From assembly GCA_030605265.1 (NCBI GenBank), contig JAUWIR010000001.1, forward strand, positions 1 to 37,462: a stretch of DNA of 37,462 bases, in the 5' to 3' direction. The first letter of the stretch is position 1, and every line of letters starts with the position of its first letter. Below the pieces are notes generated by a model. It had not been told where the DNA came from. It searched no databases and saw only the letters and a list, made by a program, of their open reading frames with translations. This document shows, piece after piece, positions 1 to 6,512 of the stretch. This DNA is from Pseudomonadota bacterium. GTDB taxonomy: Bacteria; SZUA-182; DTGQ01. Position numbers and translations under genes: made by a program.

Positions 1-62
1 ATGTATTTCCTGCTCTACACATTATTTGGATGTAACTTTTAAAAAATAAGGGGAAAAATATC

Positions 63-345
63 ATGGAAAAAAAAATCGCTATCGGCATTGGAAATTACCT
101 TAGGCAAGATGATGGAATCGGCCCTCGAGTAATTGAAGAAATCGGCTTGCGAAATCTAAACATCGGGTTTGATATTGAAGATATTGCTACAGACGGGCTC
201 AGGCTTTTTAAACATTTTACTCCGAAAACAGAGAAAATCGTCATTATTGACTCAGCTTACATGGGCCAAAAACCGGGGAACTATAATGCTCTTTGCCCCA
301 CATGCAGTGACTTCCAAGAAAACCCTGACCCAAATCAGTAAATAG
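63..345 (+). pseudogene. Ni-Fe hydrogenase maturation endopeptidase (HyaD/HybD/HoxW family), frameshifted and 3'-truncated
   Basis: MEKKIAIGIGNYLRQDDGIGPRV... matches the GxGNxxxxDDGxG start of the family, and VIIDSAYMGQKPG matches the D-A..PG block. The ORF stops at 92 aa, whereas the family is about 150-165 aa. The His-containing C-terminal half is absent. A second frame from the CCGGGG run (273-278) reads PGTIMLF...TQISK and stops at 343-345. Confidence 0.55.
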
Positions 346-497
346 TAATTGAAATTAATGAATAATTCAGGTTATGATAACTCTTCCTTTCTATTTGGTG
401 TGCAATTATATTTTCAGTTTACAATTATTCCATGCTCTAAAAATTTTAGGAGATTTAATTTTCTTCGAAGTATATATTTACAAGGGAGTTTTAAAAC

Positions 498-1064
498 TTG
501 AAAATCAAGGTTATTGGAAACAGCATGGCAGGGCTGTTTCTAAACGGGAAAGTATTTAAGGTTCATATAAACTCGGCGGACTTTGACCTAGAGATTGGAA
601 GGGTAATCATTTTAAAAAAGGAGGGAATTCAAGGCTATTCTTTCAGGCAAGCAAAATCGGCCTTCAGAGCTGGGGAAAAAGAAGGAAGAAAAATCCCCGA
701 GCTAATGGAACATTTTTTATTAATACATAGGATTGTAGCCAAATTTAACCTGCAAGGTCGACTTTGCTTATGGGAAAAGGGTGATAACGACCGCTTTCCC
801 AAGGCATGTAAGCTGGAAAATGTTTTAGGGATAGTTACTGATATTGAAGATCATCCAGAGCTTATTACAAAATTGCAGCCTGATTTATGGAGAAAAAGAA
901 ATCGAAAATTATTAAAATTTTATAATATAGTTGGGAAAATATTTGTGGTGATAGAGGGGAGGGAAGGGAATAAAAGGCGGGGATTATTGCAGAAGATACA
1001 ACAAAAAGGTTTTTGGTCTATATTTTATTTTGTTTGTTCCTTGTTTGACTTGAAGGGCAAATAG
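498..1064 (+). CDS. soluble S26B/SipW-like (S24/S26 clan) serine peptidase; candidate leader peptidase
   Basis: TTG start with AGGGAG upstream. VIGNSMAGLF (Ser box), LLIHRIV (His box) and WEKGDND (GDN box) resemble ER/archaeal-type signal peptidases. There is no N-terminal TM segment. The 3' end overlaps the convergent kinase gene by 47 nt. Confidence 0.5.
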   Translation: MKIKVIGNSMAGLFLNGKVFKVHINSADFDLEIGRVIILKKEGIQGYSFRQAKSAFRAGEKEGRKIPELMEHFLLIHRIVAKFNLQGRLCLWEKGDNDRFPKACKLENVLGIVTDIEDHPELITKLQPDLWRKRNRKLLKFYNIVGKIFVVIEGREGNKRRGLLQKIQQKGFWSIFYFVCSLFDLKGK

Positions 1065-1989
1065 CCTGCCAAAAATCCTTATTTTTTTGAAATTTTAATT
1101 CATAAAAAGATACTTCATTAATAAAATCCAGGCTGCTTTGAAATACTCGCTTAGTTAAAAAAGGCTCGCGGGCAAAATATAAAACATTTTCCATCAACCT
1201 GCACAAAGATTCTTTTTTCGACAGCCTCCTTAAGTCTAATCCGGCGCTTTGCTTTAGTTGATAAATCCCTTGAATAGGAGAATAAAAATTTCCTCCTTTT
1301 ATTTCCTGCTCCCCCCAAAAAGGAGTGCTGTAAAGAAGGTAGCGATTTTCAACCTTTCTGATCAGTGAAATTTCATCACTTAAGACTGTATATTTGGTTG
1401 AATGCCTGGCAATGGTAGATTTTCCCGCTCCGGATTTGCCCATAAAAATGTAACCAAGCCCATCCTTTACTACAGAGGCGGCATGCAGTAAGAAGCCTCC
1501 TTCCTGAACCAAAATGAGAGAATAAAGAATTCGTAAAAAAGAATCAAAACTATAAATAGCTGCTCGGTTGATAACCTGGGCAACCCGGCTGTTTAGATTA
1601 ACCTCTCCTTCAAGGTCAGGCCTTCGAATAAAAAATCGATCGTCCCGGTAAGTCACATCTATCCATAACTCTTCATCGAGCGCCTGTTTTCGATTGCCCT
1701 CCTCGAATTGGCGTACATTCATATTTAGTTGCATGATGAGACGATCACGGCATGGAGTGTTTACACCCCTTTCATCTGACGGCACATACCGGCAAGAAGC
1801 AGTAAAGGGTTGATACTTCTCCATGATAAGTTGCATAAATGATGAATCGGCGGATCCTATGGAAATAGGGATACCGCCGATTTGTAATTGAATTGTATAA
1901 GAATTTTCATTTTTTTTATGCGGGGTTTCAGCCTCTATGCCTTTGTGCCTCTGTGCCTCTGTGTTTTCTTTTAACTTGAAATTATTCAT
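1018..1989 (-). CDS. HPr-kinase-related P-loop kinase (like the Ser kinases of lasso/RiPP clusters)
   Basis: GGFLLHAASVVKDGLGYIFMGKSGAGKST resembles the catalytic C-terminal domain of HPr kinase/phosphorylase. Length is 323 aa. The first ~30 codons (MNNFKLKENTEAQRHKGIEAETPHKKNENS) are read out of repeat copy 1901-1979, so the true start is uncertain. Confidence 0.7.
   Translation of the reverse strand: MNNFKLKENTEAQRHKGIEAETPHKKNENSYTIQLQIGGIPISIGSADSSFMQLIMEKYQPFTASCRYVPSDERGVNTPCRDRLIMQLNMNVRQFEEGNRKQALDEELWIDVTYRDDRFFIRRPDLEGEVNLNSRVAQVINRAAIYSFDSFLRILYSLILVQEGGFLLHAASVVKDGLGYIFMGKSGAGKSTIARHSTKYTVLSDEISLIRKVENRYLLYSTPFWGEQEIKGGNFYSPIQGIYQLKQSAGLDLRRLSKKESLCRLMENVLYFAREPFLTKRVFQSSLDFINEVSFYELKFQKNKDFWQAICPSSQTRNKQNKI
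1901..1979 (-). repeat. dispersed repeat family A, copy 1: core GAATTTTCATTTTTTTTATGCGG plus four tandem GCCTYTRT octamers plus TTTTAACTTGA
   Basis: Near-identical over about 80 bp to 5243-5321, and in reverse orientation to 34481-34545. Confidence 0.85.
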
Positions 1990-2012
1990 ATGAATCTATT
2001 TTAAAAGCATTA

Positions 2013-2076
2013 GAATTTTCATTTTATTTATGCTGCCTATCAGCTTAATTTAAAAGCATTGGAATTTTCGGCATCC
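2013..2076 (-). repeat. family A variant copy: same GAATTTTCATTTTATTTATGC core followed by ATCAGCTT words
   Basis: Shares the ~22-nt core with 1901, 2260, 5243 and 34525-34545. It is flanked by the direct repeat TTTAAAAGCATT(A/G)GAATTTTC at 2000-2020 and 2049-2069. Confidence 0.65.
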
Positions 2077-2106
2077 ATCATTAGTCAGTTTATACTCTTT
2101 TAATTC

Positions 2107-2172
2107 ACCATGAAGAACATGAAGAGCATGAAGGTTTATTTATTCCTTCTTTTCCTTCATGTCCTTCATGGT
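2107..2172. repeat. imperfect hairpin built from CATGAAG / CTTCATG words
   Basis: Left arm is ACCATGAAGAACATGAAGAGCATGAAGG and right arm is CCTTCTTTTCCTTCATGTCCTTCATGGT. A sister element lies at 5135-5182. Confidence 0.75.
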
Positions 2173-2259
2173 AAAAAAATAAAAAGCAAAAAAATACCAG
2201 ATTTCTTTCGGAAATAAAATAAAAGTGTATACTACTTTTCGTTCTTTATGAAAGATGCC

Positions 2260-2307
2260 GAATTTTCATTTTATTTATGCTGCTCATCAGCTTATCAGCT
2301 TAATTTA
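2260..2307 (-). repeat. family A variant copy: core plus two ATCAGCTT words
   Basis: GAATTTTCATTTTATTTATGCTGCTCATCAGCTTATCAGCTTAATTTA. Its end provides the TAA stop of the small ORF 2305-2469. Confidence 0.65.
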
Positions 2308-2469
2308 ACTTACACCATGTAATCCTCTTGGGAAAGCATATTTTATACAGGCATCTCCCTTACAGCAAGACAGGGCAAGGGTTTCGAAAACCTCTTCGGA
2401 AACAACCTTCGGCTTTTCATATAGTTTCTTAGTCTTGACAATTTTTTTCTCTATTTTCTTCTTTTCCAT
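2305..2469 (-). CDS. unannotated 54-aa ORF, putative RiPP (lasso-like) precursor peptide: MEKKKIEKKIVKTKKLYEKPKVVSEEVFETLALSCCKGDACIKYAFPRGLHGVS
   Basis: I translated this by hand; it falls below the 60-aa cut-off of the ORF track. The ATG lies 5 nt after the rSAM/SPASM stop, with AGGAGG (2479-2484) 9 nt upstream. It has a Lys-rich leader with YEKPKV (YxxPxL/V), Thr at -2 before Ala32, a 23-aa core with 3 Cys and Asp at core position 8, and a C-terminal Ser. Confidence 0.55.
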   Translation of the reverse strand: MEKKKIEKKIVKTKKLYEKPKVVSEEVFETLALSCCKGDACIKYAFPRGLHGVS

Positions 2470-2474
2470 GTCTT

Positions 2475-3530
2475 TTATCCTCCTATTAATGTTTTATTTC
2501 CTTTTGCCTTAGCCAGCCAGCAAGCGGCGCTGGAATGACCCAACAAGTCGCCGTCTTCAAGATAAGCTAAACCGGGGCATCGAGCACACCAGGATAAATA
2601 ATCACAATTTTTACAACCATGAACATTCTTCATCCGCATTTGGCGAATGTTTAGCATATCCGGTGAATTGTGCCAGATCCAGTTAAAATCGTGATCTCTC
2701 AGATTGCCGGAATTAATGGGCAGTTGCACACAAGGATTGACCTCGCCTTCAGGGGAAATATAACAAATATTATGGCCGGCGCTACAAAGGACGTCATCGT
2801 ATATTTCAGTTATTAAACAAGAAATATTTTCCGGCCTTTCACCTTTTTCTCCACCATAAAAAACCGGATCTTGCAAAACCATTTGCAAATCTTCCTGTGC
2901 TATGCGGTAATTAAGAGTATCTTTATTTCCATCATCCCGCATTGTAATCACCGGATCAAAGGCGCAGCCGGCCCCAAGATCAGTGGCTAAATCATACACT
3001 TTACGATATTCCTTAATATTTTGTCGCATGACGGGACATTTTATCTTTACTGAAATCCCTTTTTCCCGCATTTGCCGAATATTTTTTACAGTCTTTTCCC
3101 AGGATCCGGGAACGCCGGTAATGCCATCGTGTATCTTGGCATTGGCAGCATATAAACTCACGTGTACCTCTTGAAGATGCAGCTTCTGAAAGGCATCTAT
3201 TTCCTTTGTCCCCAACAGGGTCCCATTAGTAAAAACCTTCACTGCAAAATCAAGCGTGCGAGCATAGCGGATAATATCTATTAAATCCTCTCGCAACAAG
3301 ACTTCTCCACCGGATAGGGTCAAGACCAAGCAGCCTGCTTCGGCCAATTGCTCTAAAATCCGATTAATTTCCTCTAAATTTAATTCATGATCAGGAGTTT
3401 TACCTATCCTCCTCTCTCCATCCCTTTTTTCAACACAACAATGAATACATCGAAGATTACATCTCCTAGTCAAATTAATCTGGACGGCAAAGGGGATTTT
3501 TTTCTCCATGGTATGGGCTAAGATATCCAT
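2475..3530 (-). CDS. radical SAM / SPASM-domain peptide-modifying enzyme
   Basis: CNLRCIHC (CxxxCxxC) lies near the N-terminus, followed by GGEVLL. The C-terminal Cys-rich block CSAGHNICYISPEGEVNPC ... CKNCDYLSWCARC is typical of SPASM/twitch auxiliary-cluster domains. Confidence 0.9.
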   Translation of the reverse strand: MDILAHTMEKKIPFAVQINLTRRCNLRCIHCCVEKRDGERRIGKTPDHELNLEEINRILEQLAEAGCLVLTLSGGEVLLREDLIDIIRYARTLDFAVKVFTNGTLLGTKEIDAFQKLHLQEVHVSLYAANAKIHDGITGVPGSWEKTVKNIRQMREKGISVKIKCPVMRQNIKEYRKVYDLATDLGAGCAFDPVITMRDDGNKDTLNYRIAQEDLQMVLQDPVFYGGEKGERPENISCLITEIYDDVLCSAGHNICYISPEGEVNPCVQLPINSGNLRDHDFNWIWHNSPDMLNIRQMRMKNVHGCKNCDYLSWCARCPGLAYLEDGDLLGHSSAACWLAKAKGNKTLIGG

Positions 3531-3539
3531 TTGCTTTGA

Positions 3540-3839
3540 TTAATCCTTTTCTTCTGTCCTATTATCTTGCAGAATCAGCATTCCCTTTGACAATAACTCC
3601 TTCACAAAAGCCTGGCAATCCGTCCTGATTTTTTCATAGTCAACCATTTTATGCTCGTCATGGATAATTGCGGCCATATCTTCAATACTTCTTACTCCAT
3701 CACTTAACTCCCAAATCATTGATCCAATTTCATTGAGGGTATGCAGGGTATTGTCTTCCAAGGTCATGATCACTGCCTGGCCGTCAATTATCCTTGATGC
3801 TGTTTTTTCATTTCTATTTATGTACTTATTATCAATCAT
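3540..3839 (-). CDS. PqqD-family protein (RiPP recognition element)
   Basis: 99 aa. IIDGQAVIMTLEDNTLHTLNEIGSMIWELSDGVRSIEDMAAII follows the PqqD pattern. It sits immediately upstream of the rSAM/SPASM gene, and its start overlaps the upstream gene by 8 nt. Confidence 0.8.
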   Translation of the reverse strand: MIDNKYINRNEKTASRIIDGQAVIMTLEDNTLHTLNEIGSMIWELSDGVRSIEDMAAIIHDEHKMVDYEKIRTDCQAFVKELLSKGMLILQDNRTEEKD

Positions 3840-5073
3840 AAAGAAATCCCCCCTTATTTTCTGTGCATTGCAGCCTCATGATCATTCCTGTTAAAACCAC
3901 GGCAACAAAGGTATTAGCCATAAAGTGAAAATTAAAATCTACCAAGCAATGGATTGAGATAGCTATTAGGCCTCCCATAATTCCCAGCACTAAACTTCGC
4001 AATGTCCTGCTGGGCGCAGTCAAATAACACTTTATACTTTCCTTGAAAATTACTATCATCATCCAAAGAATAAGCAGAAAAGATACCATTCCCCACTCTG
4101 ACATCAATTGCAAATATTCATTATGCGCATAAGTATCTCTAATTTTTTTCTTCAAGTATTTTTCATATACATAGGGAAATGTTCCCGGGCCAGTGCCAAG
4201 AACCGGATAATCATGAATAAGGTCAAGGGTTGCTTGCCAAATTGGCACCCTGCCATTGAATGATTCTATTTCTTTTCTCCTTTTTTGAACAAAAAAGGAA
4301 CTTAGTTGATGATGCACATTATTAAAGCCAAATCCAGTAATAAATAGAAGACACACTAATGCTATTAATAATATCGGAACGAAACTCTTGCCGAGATGTT
4401 GAAATCTATATTTTTTCAAATACATTAATCCCAGTACCATTAAGGCACAAAGTAAAGAAATCCAACCTCCTCTTGAAAGTGTCAGGACAAAGGCTACGAG
4501 CATCATGCAAAGGCCATAGGCAAGAAAAACCTTCTTACCAATATCCATTTCCAAAATTAAAAGAACTATTGCTATTGGGATAATCATCATCAGGAAAGCG
4601 GCCAGATGGTTCGAGTTTGCAAAGGTAGAGGCAAGTTCGTAGCCCAGTCTTCCTTGTGAAGCCCCCAAATATTTAATCAATCCCCAAACAGACAGAAAGG
4701 CCCCTACAGCCATTAGACTGGAGACTAATAGAAAGAGCTGATTTTTTGTTCGTAATTTATTTACCACTGCATAATATACGATAATGTAATCAATAAGTTT
4801 CCAAAAGGCGCCAAAGCTTACAGCAGGCTTTATGGAAAATATGGAAGCAAGGAGAGTTAAACCCACAAAAACCACAATAGGATAATCCAGGGGAGTAGAT
4901 ATAAAATGGCTTTTTTTCTCTACCAGTATCTCCCCAATCCATAATGATAAAAGAATTAAAACCAGGGTATGAACAACACATACGGCCAGCCCTTTTTCTG
5001 TTCCTTTTGCTAATGGAGTGAAAAAGAGGATGCTGATCAGCAGACAGAAAATAAGATTATCGATCTTTTTCAA
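3832..5073 (-). CDS. O-antigen ligase / Wzy_C-family polytopic membrane protein
   Basis: About 10-12 hydrophobic segments. LSRGGWISL and YAHNEYLQLMSEWGMVSF resemble the Wzy_C signature. TTG start. It is translationally coupled to the PqqD gene. Confidence 0.8.
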   Translation of the reverse strand: MKKIDNLIFCLLISILFFTPLAKGTEKGLAVCVVHTLVLILLSLWIGEILVEKKSHFISTPLDYPIVVFVGLTLLASIFSIKPAVSFGAFWKLIDYIIVYYAVVNKLRTKNQLFLLVSSLMAVGAFLSVWGLIKYLGASQGRLGYELASTFANSNHLAAFLMMIIPIAIVLLILEMDIGKKVFLAYGLCMMLVAFVLTLSRGGWISLLCALMVLGLMYLKKYRFQHLGKSFVPILLIALVCLLFITGFGFNNVHHQLSSFFVQKRRKEIESFNGRVPIWQATLDLIHDYPVLGTGPGTFPYVYEKYLKKKIRDTYAHNEYLQLMSEWGMVSFLLILWMMIVIFKESIKCYLTAPSRTLRSLVLGIMGGLIAISIHCLVDFNFHFMANTFVAVVLTGMIMRLQCTENKGGFLYD

Positions 5074-5134
5074 CCGGCTTTCTCTTTGGTTATCTACTAT
5101 GAATGGCCAAGAATTTAACTTTTTATTTTAATCA

Positions 5135-5182
5135 AGAGCATGAAGTCTGATGAAATCTTCATGTCATTCATGCCCTTCATGG
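5135..5182. repeat. hairpin of CATGAAG / CTTCATG words (sister of 2107-2172)
   Basis: AGAGCATGAAGTCTGATGAAATCTTCATGTCATTCATGCCCTTCATGG. It lies between the nucleotidyltransferase stop and the Wzy_C start, next to family A copy 2. Confidence 0.7.
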
Positions 5183-5242
5183 TAATTCCTAAAATTTTAA
5201 AGTTTAAAACTGAGCAATTTTTTATATGCCTTGAACGTTCAG

Positions 5243-5321
5243 GAATTTTCATTTTTTTTATGCGGAGTTCCAGCCTTTGTGCCTCTGTGCCTTTGTGCCT
5301 CTGTGCCTTCTTTTAACTTGA
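5243..5321 (-). repeat. dispersed repeat family A, copy 2
   Basis: GAATTTTCATTTTTTTTATGCGGAGTTCCAGCCTTTGTGCCTCTGTGCCTTTGTGCCTCTGTGCCTTCTTTTAACTTGA. It encodes the last ~20 codons and the stop of ORF 5258-6508. Confidence 0.85.
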
Positions 5322-6508
5322 GGTCTTTTTAAAAGTCGAACAATTGAAAAAAATGGGTTTAATATATACAGAAAATACACCATCCCTGAACTCGGATTAA
5401 TCGAATATCGATAAGCGATAGCTTCACTAGAAGGGAAAAGTGTCCTCAATGCAGATTTCACTATCTGACTAAATCGATCATTCAAAAGGAGAATAAGAAA
5501 AAACTGCCTTAAGTCTGCACTATACGTGCCTCGAATAATTTCTTTTTTGCCTAGAAATTTTTTTAACATCTCAATCCTTTTCATTCGTTCAAACGGCAGA
5601 GTTACTCTCAGAAATTGGCCATTATGGTTAAAAAATCTATTAACCATGAATAGGGCAAAAGAAAAATTACTCCAAAGGCCTATTTTTTTAAGAGACTTTT
5701 CAACATAAAGCCAATCCATCCTCTCTTGATTCAGGACGAGAAATTGATAAAGATCCAGGAATTGTTTTAAATGTATATACTTAGAAGCATGGAGGTCTAT
5801 GATTAAATATAATAATGAATCCTCAATAGAAAAGGAACGAAATCTTTCTCCTTTGAGCTGAATCTCTCTGGCGTTACGCCACCATTGCTTTAAAGGGATA
5901 TGGTAATCTCTTGGTCTGGCTAAGCCCCAATGTAAATCAACGGAAACTCTCATTCCTCTGGGGAGTCGTTTATAAAATTGAAGGTTCCAGCTGTTTTCCG
6001 GGGAATGGTCAGTATCAATATAAGGCACTGGTTCATAGTTTTGGCTTTTGAGTAAATTTTTAGCTGAATCCAGCTCCTCTAATTTCACTAAAAAATCAAG
6101 ATCATTAAAAGACCGTAATTTTTCATCTGGGTATAATTGCCTAGCCCGGTATATTCCTTTAAGAGATATAACATCAATTCCTTTTTTGAAAAATTGAGCC
6201 ATTAAATGATCAAATTCGGAGGATAGAATAATAATTCTGGCCAGATGACTGTGCCATAATTTCTGGAACCTTGATATTACCTCCCTGGGCGTGTTTAACC
6301 AATTTAATCTATTCACTGCATTATAGAGAAGAGGAAAAACATCGTGGAAAAGGGCAAGCTTGATTAAATAATTCCAGTTAACTTTTTCCCGACTCAGAAT
6401 ATCCTTAATATGTCGGTTGGTATCATCTTCCTCATCGGGCGTAATTTGTGGCGTAATTAAGGCAAGGAAAAGCCTTTCTTCAAGGGTAAGATCCAAAAGT
6501 TTATTCAT
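5258..6508 (-). CDS. nucleotidyltransferase-fold protein of the PF14907-like 'uncharacterised nucleotidyltransferase' family
   Basis: SFNDLDFLV and VDLHWGLARP motifs are present. Size is ~400 aa. The gene lies next to PqqD and HprK-like genes, as in lasso tailoring sets. The C-terminal tail KRRHRGTKAQRHKGWNSA derives from repeat copy 2. Confidence 0.65.
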   Translation of the reverse strand: MNKLLDLTLEERLFLALITPQITPDEEDDTNRHIKDILSREKVNWNYLIKLALFHDVFPLLYNAVNRLNWLNTPREVISRFQKLWHSHLARIIILSSEFDHLMAQFFKKGIDVISLKGIYRARQLYPDEKLRSFNDLDFLVKLEELDSAKNLLKSQNYEPVPYIDTDHSPENSWNLQFYKRLPRGMRVSVDLHWGLARPRDYHIPLKQWWRNAREIQLKGERFRSFSIEDSLLYLIIDLHASKYIHLKQFLDLYQFLVLNQERMDWLYVEKSLKKIGLWSNFSFALFMVNRFFNHNGQFLRVTLPFERMKRIEMLKKFLGKKEIIRGTYSADLRQFFLILLLNDRFSQIVKSALRTLFPSSEAIAYRYSINPSSGMVYFLYILNPFFSIVRLLKRPQVKRRHRGTKAQRHKGWNSA

Positions 6509-6512
6509 TGGA

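Noticed and set aside
374-559. 61-aa plus-strand ORF upstream of and overlapping the peptidase gene.
   Set aside because: It has no motif, sits in an AT-rich spacer, and overlaps the better supported TTG-initiated peptidase ORF.
1901-2310. The word-repeat region as a possible CRISPR array.
   Set aside because: The repeats are 7-9-nt tandem words or hairpin arms, without regular 25-40-nt repeats or unique spacers. No cas genes are present.
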